A DNA stretch of 49,006 bases from assembly GCF_004010195.1 (NCBI RefSeq), contig NC_057719.1, positions 5,701,643 to 5,750,648 on the forward strand. Direction: 5' to 3'. Made by a program: the position numbers and the translations under genes. This stretch comes from Chiloscyllium plagiosum (taxonomy: Eukaryota). The notes below the pieces were generated by a model that worked only from the letters and a program-made list of their open reading frames with translations, had not been told where the DNA came from and did not search any database. This document shows positions 37,799-49,006 of the stretch, one piece after another. Within the stretch, counting starts at the first letter, position 1; each line of letters opens with the position of its first letter.

Positions 37799-39406
37799 GA
37801 GGGTCATCTATTAACATCCCCTTGTCTCCTGAATCCATCAGGGCAGGCAGATCACTAATGTCTAAACTTTCTTCTCTGTCTGCCTGCCTCCATGTTGAAA
37901 GTTGAGGGTCATCATCTGCTGTGGCTGATGTGGAAGGCTTGAAATGCAACAGGATGCTTGACTGCTTAGCCTCACACATTTTTCTATCATACAGTTCTTT
38001 GTACACTTCAAAACATCCTGCAAGCCTGCCCTAAACCTATGTGCCTTTTCAAAATTAAAGTCATACTTTTACGCAATCATTGCAGCACTGTCAGTCATAG
38101 TGAAAATCTCACGCAAGTGCTTCATGTTCTGTTCCTGGTTGACTTCTCTTTTGCGCTGTTCGCTATTGCGTACAGTTTCAATTCATATCCTTTCCTCTTG
38201 CAATTTCATCAGCTCTTCATCAGTCAGTTCTTGGTCATGGGATGCCAAAACCTCTTCATTGTCAACTTCCACAAACCCAACTTCCTTAGCCGAAGTCACT
38301 ATTGCCATTTTTTTGTCGTCGGTTTGAAGCCTTTAAAATCTTCGGGACACCGTTTTCTCCAAACACCATTTCTCATCGAGACTGGTAGTCCATTGTGAGC
38401 ATCTCCAAGATTGGTGATTGCCAATTTTATATTGTACTGTTTCCAGATCTCTTGCAAAGATGCTTTGGAGTTGCCCAGCCTGTCAATGGGACTTACAATA
38501 AAACGTTTTGCATGTAGTAACCCTTAATTGTGGCTATTAGGCTTTGGTCACATGGTTGTATTTGGTGGTAAGAACACAACACGAATGTTACCGCCATACT
38601 GAGCGATGCCAGGTGGGTGAGCAGCACAATTATCAACAATCACAAGACACCTATTATCGAGGTTATTTTCTCGACAGTATTTTTCAACAAAAAGACTAAC
38701 ATATCCACTCATTCTTGAAAAAAATCATTTGGGTATTCTAACCGCTTGGACGTGAATGAAATACAACAGGAAGTGTATTCTTATCAATGCCTTTAAGTGC
38801 CCTCGGAATTTTTGAATGGGACACTACTAGAACCCTAAGGACAACATCACCAGTGGCATTAATAATAGGCATTAGGATAAACCTGTCCTTCTTTTCTAAA
38901 TGTCTTGCTCAGCAATTTTTTCCAATTAAATTCCAGTTTCGACACAGTTAAACACTTGCTTATATGAATAATCACCTTCTGTAATTGTTTTCTTCAGTTC
39001 TTCTGGGAACTTTTTGGCAGCTTCAGTGTCACTCCTTCCAGTAACCTTTGAGCTATGAAGCTGCCCTCGCCTCAAAAACCAATCAAACCATCATGACTAC
39101 CTTTAAATTCCACTTTTGCAATACTTTCATCACCATCGTTCAGTGCTCTCAGTTTCAGCTAATTAAAAAGACTGACTGATTTCTCCTTAAGTATAAGATA
39201 ACTTACCAGAACACCGCAGTTTGTTTACTCATCAATCCAGTCAAGCAATCGATTTTCCATTTTATCCATTACTGGATGCTGACTAAAGGAGACCATTTTG
39301 CTACGAGCAGAACCAATAGCAACTTTGGCAGCTTTCAAGATTCTTTGTCTCTGCGTTTAAATAGTATGAAGGGTGGATGCAGGCAAGTTTCAGTGCATGC
39401 ACATAG

Positions 39407-39727
39407 CAGCTCAGTGGTTAGCACTGCTGCCTCACAGTGCCAGGGACCCCAGGTTCAATTCCTGTCTCGGGTGACTGTCTGTCTGGAGTTTGCACATTCT
39501 CCCTGTGTCTGCGTGGGTTTCCTCCGGGTGCTCCTGTTTTCTTCCAAAATCCAAAGATGTGCAGGTCAGGTGAATTGGCCATGCTAAATTGCCAATAGTG
39601 TTAGGTGCATTAGTCAGGGATTAATATAGGGTAGGAGAGTGGGTCTGGGTGGGTTGCTCTTCAGAGGATTGTTGTGGAAGTGTTGGGCTGAAGGGTCAGT
39701 TTCCATACTGTAGGGAATCTAATCTAA
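39407..39727 (+). mobile_element. HE1-type SINE nested in the Tigger transposase
   Basis: gctcagtggttagcactgctgcctcacag..ggttcaattcc..ggagtttgcacattctcc..gaatctaatcta. Confidence 0.9.
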
Positions 39728-40699
39728 TTGAAACGCTTAATTATATCCAGTTTTACGCTAAGCATAACAGCCTTACGAGCTCTCTTAGGCTTTTCTGATA
39801 TCTTAGGACACATCTTGCTAACGGATGCACAAAATAAATCGAGATAAAGCACAGATGCTCACAGACACATTTCAAAGCTGTAGCGACTTGATGCTGAGTG
39901 TAATTCTTGGGGAAAGTGTTTGGCGGCGCCACTCTCGCTGCACGCGGTTTTTCATAAAAGCAAAAATCCTTTCAGTTAGTGAAAACATGTACTAAAGTAG
40001 GTCTTTTGTAAAAGCAAATTGGCGTAAAGTGAACATTTGAAAAGCGGGGGATACCTGTATTTCTTCTGAGTCAGATGTTGGTTCACTTTCCAATCTCCAG
40101 GAACTTGAGTGCAAAATCTAGTATTGTGTAGTACTAAGGAGTGCTGCACTATTGGGTAAATTGTCTTACAGATGTGATGTTTAAACAAAGCTCCCGTTTG
40201 CTCTCTAGTGTGGATATAAAATATTCCGTGGTGTTTTGAATGTGCCGGCCAGGATTTATCCCTCATCCATCACTTATGGCTGAAAATTAGTGTGAGTAAG
40301 TTGGCTCCCACCAATCTTCCATTATCAAAGTCACTACGCTTCAGAAATCATTGATGTCTCACTGGTGTAAAAATTTCAAGGCATAAATCTCTCCTTCGTC
40401 AAAAATAGTAAAGGTGCTGAATCCAAATGTGGTGTCCTCTACAGCCACCCTTAGTTGAGATCAAGGCTAATTTGCTCTGCACAAAGAGGAGTATTTATCA
40501 ACCCACAGCTAGAATAAAAGTAGGGGAATTCGTGAGACAGTGTTTGGAGTATTGTGTTACCATCGTGGTCTTCTTTCTTGAAGCATCAGATGCACTTAGA
40601 AGAAGTTCACTCCACTGATTGCTGGGATGGAGGAGTTATGAGGAAAGGTTAGGTTTGTAGCCTTTGGAGATTAGAGGAACAAGAGGTTGTCTTATTGAA

Positions 40700-42330
40700 A
40701 CTTTTATTTCCAGTTCAGAATGATTATGGACTTGGGAAGAAACTTGCAAGTGATAGTATCTCATAAATCTGCCATCCTTGTCCTTTTAGATCATAGTGGT
40801 CACAAGTTTGGATGGTGCTGCCTAAGGAGCGTTGGTGAATTTCTGCATTGAATCTTCTAGATTGTGCTTGTTACTTCTACTGAGCATTGGTGGTAGAGGA
40901 AGTGTATGTTTGTGGATATGGTGCAATCAAACAGGCTACTTCAGCCTTGATGGTATCAAGCTTATTGAATGTTATTGGAGCTGCAAGTGGGGAGGATTCC
41001 ATCACATTCCTGACTTGTGTCTTGTGGCTGGTGGACTTGCTTTGGGGAGTTAGGTAAGTTACTGGCTGCAGGATTCCCAGCCTCTGATCTGATCTTGTAG
41101 CCACAGTATTTATATGGCGAATCCAGTTGAATTTCTGGTCATTGGTAATCCCCAGGATGTTGATAGTTGGAGATTCAGTGATGGTAACGCCATTGAATGT
41201 CAAGGGGAAATATTTAGATTCTGTCTTATTGGAGACTATTATTACCTGACGTGTGTCATGCAAATATTACTTTCACTTGTCCCGGTCTTCCTGCCCTTGG
41301 ACATGGATTGGTTCAATATCTGAGGGATCATTAATTGTCCTCAGCATTGTCCAATCAGTAGCATACATCGCCACTAATGTATGACCTTTTGATGGAGGGA
41401 AGGTTATTGATGAAGCAGCTAACATAGTTAGACCTAGGACTCAACCCTGGAGAACGCCTACAGAGATTTCCTAGAACTGATATCCTTAATACTAATGGAA
41501 CTTTACTTCTGATGCTCATTCACTGTAGTTTTGCTGGTGTCCTCCTGCCACAGTCTGTCAAATGTAGCTTTGTTGTCAAAGGACAGTCAACCTCACCTAT
41601 TCTCTGGCCTTCAAAACTTTCGTCAGTGTTTGAACCAAGACTGTAATGAGATCAGGAACTGCATTGTTTTAGTGAAAATCAAACTGAACAGTGAGCAGAT
41701 GATCACTACATATGTATTACATGATAGTACTGTTGATGATGCATTCCAAAACTTGACTGATGGTGTGGTAAGTGGGAGAGTTCAATTTGTCCTTTTTTTA
41801 TGTGTACAGCTCACTCCTGTATAATTTTCCAAATTGCTAGATAGATGCCAGCTTTGTAGCTATATTGGAATAGCTTGTCTACAGACTCAGCTAGTTGTCA
41901 AGTGCATATCGTCATTACTGTTGCTGGAATTTTGCCTGGGACCATAGTCTTTGCAGCATTCAATGCCTTTAGCACTTCCTTCATATCCTGTGGAGTGAAC
42001 TGAATTGGCTGAAAACTGGTATCTGTGATGCTAGGAACCCCAGGGGGACTGAGATAGATCATCGACTCGATATCTCCAGCTGCTGGTTGTAGCAAACGCC
42101 TCAGCCTTACCTTTTGTACTGATGTGTTAGGCTGCTCACCATTGAGCAAGGGGATATTTGTGGTGCCTCCTCCAGTGAGGTGTTCAATTGTCCATCACTA
42201 TATATGACTGGATTTAGCAGGATGCCGGAGCTTAGATCTGATCTGTGGAATCTCTTAGCTCTATCACTTGCTGCTGATGCTGTTTGACACTAAAATTTCT
42301 GTGAAAAGACTCCTCCAGGCTGTCAGGAGT
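40700..42330 (-). mobile_element. Degraded CR1/Jockey-group LINE
   Basis: PLTFNGVTITESPTINILGITNDQKFNWIRHINTVATRSDQRLGIL..QVRNVMESSPLA. Confidence 0.75.
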
Positions 42331-45319
42331 CTAGTTTCCTAACATCAAAATGTTAGCTGCAGTGGAGATTTCAGTCAAATTCACAATGGTTATGGATCAC
42401 ATGATCATTCATTCCCTATACCAGTGTTACAAATGAGATGAAACTGCAGTATAATCTGACCCAACACTTTACTGCACATAACAGGTTGCATTTGTGTAGT
42501 GCCTTTAATACAATGAGGCACGTTATGTCATAATTGACACTAAACCAAAAAAAAAGGTGAAAGAGATGGATTTTGAGTAGAGTCGTAAATGAGGATGGGA
42601 TGGAATTCCACAACTGAGAGCCTCGGCTGCATTTGTAGCCATCAATCGTGAGGTCCAGAATTTGCTAGTGATGGTTTGATGTTGTTGCGTATCACTTTCA
42701 CACTGTAGAAACCAAGCAGGTCAGAGAAGTCATTGGTTCTAGACTTGAATCTAAATGTCGATACCTCAGGCCCCAATATACAGGAATACTAGGATCCCGG
42801 ATTATCTGAATAAACAGAGCACCAGCTGCTCCCTGATAACTGAAGCAGCAATTCCCATTAGTCTAAACAATAATGTAATTAAGTAGACAAATATACTCAA
42901 AAGGCTGAATAAGGCCCACATCTATTGTTATATATCATTCCCCTAACTTCAGTAGAGCACCCCTACATATTCCCCACAGCAAACATTTTGGTAGCCTTTG
43001 AGGGAGTTTACTTATTTAACTCTGAAGCTGGGGAGGTTTTGTGTCATGAATGCACTGAATATTTGAATATGACCTCTGCCAACCACAAATCAGCAAAATG
43101 CTGTTACAAACCTGAAATAAAAACTGAAAATGCTGTAATTACTCAACAGGTCAAGCAACATTTGTGGACAGAGAAGTTAATGTTGGTGAACAGAACTCAG
43201 AAGAGTGAAAGATGTATTAGGATTTGAGCAGCAGTGAGTCTGATAAGAACAAAAGGTAGTCTATGTTAGGTGGGAGATAGAAGAGTCTGACAGAAGAGTC
43301 AGTCTTGCAGGGAATGATGAGGGGCACGAGATGGATAGAAATTTTTATATATTGAATTATGGTCTGGAATGCCCTTCCTGAAATGTTGGAGAAAGCAGAT
43401 CAATAATCAAGGGCAAAATTTGATGGGCAGAAGTTTGCAGGGGTGTGCAGAGAGCAGAGACCAGGACAAATTAGAGAACTCTTCAAAGAACCAGAACAAA
43501 CACAATCAGAAGCATGGTCTTCTGCTGTGTTGTCTCATTTTAGGATTAGTTTGCTGAGTACTGATCTGCACAGGCTAGTGAGAATGCAAAAGGTTAAATT
43601 TTGCTCATCAGTTGTCCCATTGAAATTCTGTATTGTCAGAGGTCGGGTTGCCATGGTAACAAGTACAGTGTCTCCATGGGACCCAGTGTAGTTGCAGATC
43701 TGATGAGATTTTGTCATAAAATCCTTATTAAACTGTCTCTATGACAGATAATGGTACAATCCACTCTCTGTATCTTCATGCTGTCGACAAGATTGATATT
43801 TGCAGTTCGCTGCATCTCATCCATTCTGATATTGGAAGGCGTCATCCTTATTTTTAAATATAAAAGCCTGTCTGTCTGATGGGTAATGTCTGAATTCTAA
43901 TCCTTGTCCTGCTAGTTGCAAATTGTTCAGGGAAGCACTATCCTCAACAGGACTTAACTGTGTCTTTGAACCTAATGCATGTTATATTGATAATTACAGA
44001 CTGGGGTCTTAGATTGTACTCAGTAGCCGGAAGGTAATGGTAATAATGGCTGCCAGCCTCCAGGTTTGGCTTGAAGTCTCTCGGAATTAAAGATGATCTT
44101 TTGGATGCTGTACAGTTAACCTAGGAGAAAACTGAAGGGCAATAATAAAAGTAAAAGCAATTGTTTTTGTATTCCTTTTGCATCTTTGAGTACTCATTAA
44201 TCATAAAAACTAAAGTCGAGGATCATCCACTTGGCTAATGAAGGGTCTGCTCGATTCCTGATTTACACGGGAGGGTGGATGTGTCAGATCCAGTGGCGGG
44301 CATGGAGATTGCTGCAGAGGAAGTCGATGTGGGTGTGTCTTGTGATGAATCCTCTTGCAAGGTACCCAACCAAACTTGCCAGTCCTAGTCCATACCAATT
44401 ACTGACATGACTTCAGACCTCTGCTGCCGCAGGATTGGACTGTACCTTTCCCACTGGTGCCCACATCATTGGGTATATATTCAGCAAGGGGTCAAAGTAG
44501 ATTGACCGCACATTGTGAAAGGAAAATTCATGGCCGTTGATCAACTCCCTTCAGCATCATGCCCCTACCACCATTGTTTTCTTTAAGTTCTGGGGACCTC
44601 ATCTCCAGTAGAATATGTCAATCCTTTGTAAGATTGGATAGATTAGATTCATTAGAATGATGATAGGGCTTAAAGTATTAAATTATGAAGGCAATTGCAA
44701 AAATATGGCTTGTAATTTATATGTCAACTTTAAATCAAAGTTTTTTAAAATGATAGTGCAGGTAGAGAAAATTTCTGCTTAAGTATTACAGACAAACTTG
44801 AATTAGAGCTATTTAGAAGTGAGGTCAGGAAATGTTTTCTCTCTCAAAGGCTAATGGAAATCTTGAACTCGCTTTGAAGTTCACAGATGCTAGTCAAGTA
44901 CATTAGTTTCAAGAATGAGATCAATAGATTTGGACAGGGGGTATCAATGGAGGTGGATCTTGTGTGGTTGTTTTCTAATGATCTAATTATTTAATTAATG
45001 GTTTAATCAAAAGGCCGACCAAACCCTAGGGACTGACTGGCGCCTCCTGTTTCCAGTGATCTCTATCTAGTTGCTGTTGAGAGCTCTGTAACTTCCAGAT
45101 GTGGGCTTGGAAGGGTTTCTGCTCCTGATTATGCCTCTGCATATGTAGATATGAGAAAGGACTGTTCATTTACAATGATAGATAGCTAGTTGGTGCTTGT
45201 CTGAAGGTCAGTTGCTTGAATAAAATACTGATAGCTGATGGAAAGTTTGGAGTGTTGTTCATTGGCAAAGCGAGTATTGTAGGTGACTGTAGGAGAAGAA
45301 TTTCGAGAACCGAGAAGCC

Positions 45320-45725
45320 GATTAAGGTATATCGAGTAAGAGCATTGAATTGGGAGTAATGGAAGATTAAGGTATATCGAGTAAGAGCAGTAAAATGGGA
45401 GTAATGGAAGATTAAGGTAAATAGAGTAAGAGCAGTGAAATGGGAGTAATGGAAGATGAAGGTATATCGAGTAAGAGCAGTGAATTGGGAGTAATGGAAG
45501 ATTAAGGTATATCGAGTAAGAGCAGTAAAATGGGAGTAATGGAAGATTAAGGTAAATAGAGTAAGAGCAGTGAAATGGGAGTAATGGAAGATGAAGGTAT
45601 ATCGAGTAAGAGCAGTGAAATGGGAATAATGGAAGATGAAGGTATATCGAGTAAGAGCAGTGATGTGGGAGTAATGGAAGATTAAGGTATATCGAGTAAG
45701 AGGAGTGAAATGGGAGTAATGGAAG
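45320..45725 (+). repeat. 45-bp minisatellite, about 9 copies
   Basis: Unit GGAAGATTAAGGTATATCGAGTAAGAGCAGTGAAATGGGAGTAAT. Variants recur at a 135-bp period. Confidence 0.95.
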
Positions 45726-46147
45726 TTGGTGAATACCTGATGGCTGAAATGTCTTTCATTCTTTGCTATAAACCTTTAATAAAATAGTATTCCAGTTTTA
45801 AGATTTTGTGAAAGATGCGAGCAAAGTGATCAAAACTGTTGAAAAAGTCTGGTTAAACAGTGATATAAATTAGAATGAAACTTGGGGACAGTATCTCTGA
45901 TGGCTGAGATTTCGGATATTACTTCAGCCCAATGAGGTAAAAGGTTCTATGATGTTAGGCTTGTAATTAAAATGATAAAGTTTCTATTATTGTTGTTACA
46001 ACACAGGAATAGCAAACCAAATCAGCTTCATTATCATTGGATTTGCAACACAGTGAAATTAAAACATTAAATTACATTTCTGTGCATTTAAATTCATCTG
46101 CCAGACGTCTGCCCATTTGACCAATTTGTCAATGTCCCTTGGAGATA

Positions 46148-46364
46148 CTCTTACTCGATATACCTTCATCTTCCATTATTCCCATTTCACTGCTCTTACT
46201 CGATATACCTTCATCTTCCATTACTCCCATTTCACTGCTCTTACTCGATATACCTTAATACTCTATTTACCTTCATCTTCCATTACTCCCATTTCACTGC
46301 TCTTACTCGATATACCTTAATACTCTATTTACCTTAATCTTCCATTACTCCCATTTCACTGCTC
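46148..46364 (-). repeat. Inverted partial copy of the 45-bp minisatellite, followed by (TTCA)n/(TCCG)n
   Basis: ctcttactcgatataccttcatcttccatta(t/c)tcccatttcactg is the reverse complement of the unit. Confidence 0.92.
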
Positions 46365-46464
46365 ATTCATTCAATTCATTTATTCATTCATTCGTTCGTT
46401 CATCCGTCCGTCCGGCCATCCGTTCAATTCAAATTTAAACATTCAGTTACCCTTAAAGTATCGC

Positions 46465-47355
46465 CGAGGGACATTGACAAGTTGGTCAAATGGGCAGACA
46501 TCTGGCAGATGAATTTAAATGCACAGAAATGTAAGGTAATGCATTTTGTTATGGTCGAAACAGGCTCAATGGTACAACTTTGAGGGGAGTACAGGAACAG
46601 AGGGACCTAGGGTTCAAGTGCATAATTCTGTGAAGGTGGCCAGATAAGTTGAAGCTGTTATTAAGAAGGCTTGTAGGGTCCTTGGGTTTATAAGTAGAGG
46701 CATAAAATATAAAAGCATGGAAGTGATGCTACATCTCTACAGAGCATTGGTAAGACTACATTTGGAGTATTGTGTTCAGTTCTGGGCATCCTATTTAAGG
46801 AAGGGTATTAAAGCCTTGGAGAAAATTCAAAGGAGATTTGCTACAATGAGGGATTTTGAATGCAAGGTAAAATGAAGAGAAATTGGGTTCATTCTTCTTG
46901 GAGCAGAGAAGATTAAGAGATGACCTTATTGAGGTGTTAAAAATTACGATCAATTTTGACAGGGTAAAGCAGGACATTCTGTTTCCACTAGATGGTATGT
47001 CAGTAACTAGGGGTCACAATTTCAAGATTGTCAGCAAGAGAGCTAGGAATGCGATGAGAAACTTCTTTACTCAGAGTTGTTAGGATTTGGAGTGTGCTTG
47101 ATGGGAGAGTGGTGGAGGTGTATTCCACGGGAGGTTTCAAAGATATGTATTTGGAAGCGGTGAATTTAGAGGGCAAAGTTGATTGTCTCATGGACAGTGA
47201 AGAAGGTTATCTCAGAATACAAAGAAATCTTAATCAGTTGGGTCAGTGGGCTCAGGAGTGGAAGATGGAGTTTAATTTGGATAATTGTGAGATATTGCAT
47301 TTTGGTAAAACAAACAAGGGCAAGACTTGTCCAATTAATGGTAGGGCCCTGGGTA
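46465..47355 (+). mobile_element. CR1-like LINE fragments; the 5' end is mirrored in inverted orientation at about 46060-46140
   Basis: DIDKLVKWADIWQMNLNAQKCKVMHF, LYRALVRLHLEYCVQFW, LEQRRLRDDLIEVLKI. A second subfamily piece lies at 47160-47355. Confidence 0.85.
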
Positions 47356-49006
47356 GGGGGTAGTAGATGGGGTCTGACTCGATGTGTTTGTTGATAGAGT
47401 TCCAATTGGAATGCCAAGCTTCTAGGAATTCTCGTGTGTGGCTTTGTTTGGCTTGTCCTAGGATGGATGTATTGTCCTCGTCGAAGTGTTGTCCTTCCTC
47501 ATCCATATGTGAGGATACTATTGAGAGAGGGTCATGTTTTTTTATGGCTAGTTGATGTTCATGTATCCCGGTGGCTAGTTTTTTGCCTGTTTGTCCAATA
47601 TAGTTTGTTACAGTCCTTGCACGGCTACCATGATGCTAAGGGGTCTGAGTAGCCCACAAACCCACCAACACGCTATAACAGCAGCTAATTTGAATTTGAA
47701 AAACCCTATAGTGACAATAAGCAAAACTAATGTCATTTACAAAATACTGTGCAAGGACTGTAAGAAACACTACATTGGACAAACAGGCAGAAAACTAGCC
47801 ACTAGGATACATGAACACCAATTAGCCACAGAAAGATATGACCCTCTCTCACTAGTATCCACACATATGGATGAGGAAGGACACCCCTTCGACTGGGACA
47901 ACACATCCATCCTAGGACAAGCCAAACAAAGACACGCACAAGAATTCCTAGAAGCATGGCATTCCAACCAGAACTCTATCAACAAACACATTGAGTTAGA
48001 CCCCATCTACCACCCCTTGAGAAAAGGAACAGGAAATGACTTCACCACAGGAAGTGACTTCACCACAGGAAATGACATCACCAACCCAAAGAAACCCCAA
48101 ACATATAAATAGAAAGCAGGAATTGTTAGCAGTGCCTCATATGATGTCCACTGAAGATGTTACCTAGTAAGGTAACAAAATGTCTGGAAATGAACCTTGC
48201 AGCTCAGCGAGCAAACTTACATCCAAAACCTCAACCCGAGCTTCAAATCTTCTCAAAACTCGCTAAGACCTATGGGCACAATACGCTAAAAATGGCCCGA
48301 AAATGGGAAACGAATGCCATCCAACAGAGTGCCACCCGCGAACAGCTGTAATTCCTGCACAAATGCCTAAGGAAACAGGTACTATCTAAATGTCTTCAAT
48401 GCAAACCTCCCCTTAACACCCCACTAGCCACAAGAATAGTAAAGCAAAACAGCTGCAGAATGCTTAGAGAAATGATTAATGATGCCCACAATACACTCCG
48501 TAAATACAACTGGGAAATTTTGCATCAAAAATCTTTACTCAGTCATGCAACAGACCGTGAATGGACAGACACAGTACAACAAACCATAGATATTAGACAG
48601 TGACAATCACAAAAAATGAAAAAACTAGACCTGCAGTAAAAACTAGACAAACTTACACAAAGTAACAATGACAACACAGAAGCATGGATATAAAACTTAT
48701 CTGACCAACTTATCTGACCAACAGACACTGAAAAAGCCATCTTAGTAAGAGGATTAAATTACAACTGCCAGTTGCGGACAAGAAAGATTTCTTAGCTGCA
48801 TTAGACACAACACTAAAAGACAACCAACTCATAGAAGAAACCCAACAAACCATCAGACAGGTAGTCGCACCAACATTAAGCAGAAAAAAGGAAGGAGAAA
48901 CACTCAATACACAAGAAAGGAAAGCACTGGAAAGACTAAAAAAAAGAAAGAAACATTGTTATCCTCCCTGCAGACAAAGGACGCTTGACAGTCATTCTAA
49001 ATCGAA
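47355..49006 (+). mobile_element. Penelope-like element: inverted GIY-YIG copy + direct GIY-YIG/pLTR + start of the next ORF (runs off the window)
   Basis: NVIYKILCKDCKKHYIGQTGRKLATRIHEH..EFLEAWHS..SIN at about 47700-48020, with an inverted copy at 47355-47621. HHR remnant at 48148-48187. Decayed N-terminal ORF ending IVILPADKG (48961-48981), the PLE DKG motif. Confidence 0.9.

Larger units (their letters stand above)
36963..40057 (-). mobile_element. Near-complete Tigger/pogo DNA transposon, transposase pseudogenised
   Basis: Inverted ends taggtgtcccctgcta (36965) and aagcgggggatacctg+TA (40057-40059). ATG at 39813 gives MCPKISEKPKRARKAVMLSVKLDIIKRF, followed by MDKMENRLLDWID, FKGSH, QVFNCVETG, KDRF..NATGD, VIVDNCAAHP, VVFLPPNT, PCDQ and YKELYDRK. 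Many stops and frameshifts. Confidence 0.9.

Noticed and set aside
37785..39813. Domesticated TIGD/CENP-B-like gene
   Set aside because: Multiple stops and frameshifts, a SINE insertion and retained TIRs indicate a dead transposon.
45320..45725. CRISPR-like regular repeat array
   Set aside because: Units are contiguous with no unique spacers, there are no cas genes, and the context is a eukaryotic intron.
20307..49006. TTC7B exon 4 (expected to begin near LCLEKL)
   Set aside because: No matching peptide with splice sites was found by eye. It probably lies beyond the window; TBLASTN would settle this.

Overview
Vertebrate genomic DNA, most likely a shark: it carries elasmobranch HE1-type SINEs, Deu-domain SINEs and CR1, Rex1, Tx1 and Penelope retroelements. 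The one host gene is the 5' part of TTC7B on the + strand, with coding exons 1-3 at 14912-15032, 18053-18207 and 20138-20306, followed by more than 28 kb of intron in which I did not find exon 4. There are two assembly gaps (4680-5364, 15178-16118). Most of the remainder is nested, decayed transposable elements, and nearly all listed ORFs are TE remnants or spurious. Main signals: (1) about 20 minimal type-I hammerhead ribozyme (HHR) motifs in at least four Penelope-derived families, with compensatory stem II variants, several within short fold-back elements flanked by 12-16 bp duplications; (2) inside TTC7B, well-preserved HHR cores lie antisense while every sense copy seen is disabled; (3) a near-complete Tigger/pogo transposon whose ends resemble mammalian Tigger6 as I recall it; (4) three serial Tx1 insertions at one 14-bp target; (5) a 39-bp VNTR abutting the TTC7B start codon; (6) a 45-bp minisatellite copied in inverted orientation between inverted CR1 arms. 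Family names come from recognition, not database searches.
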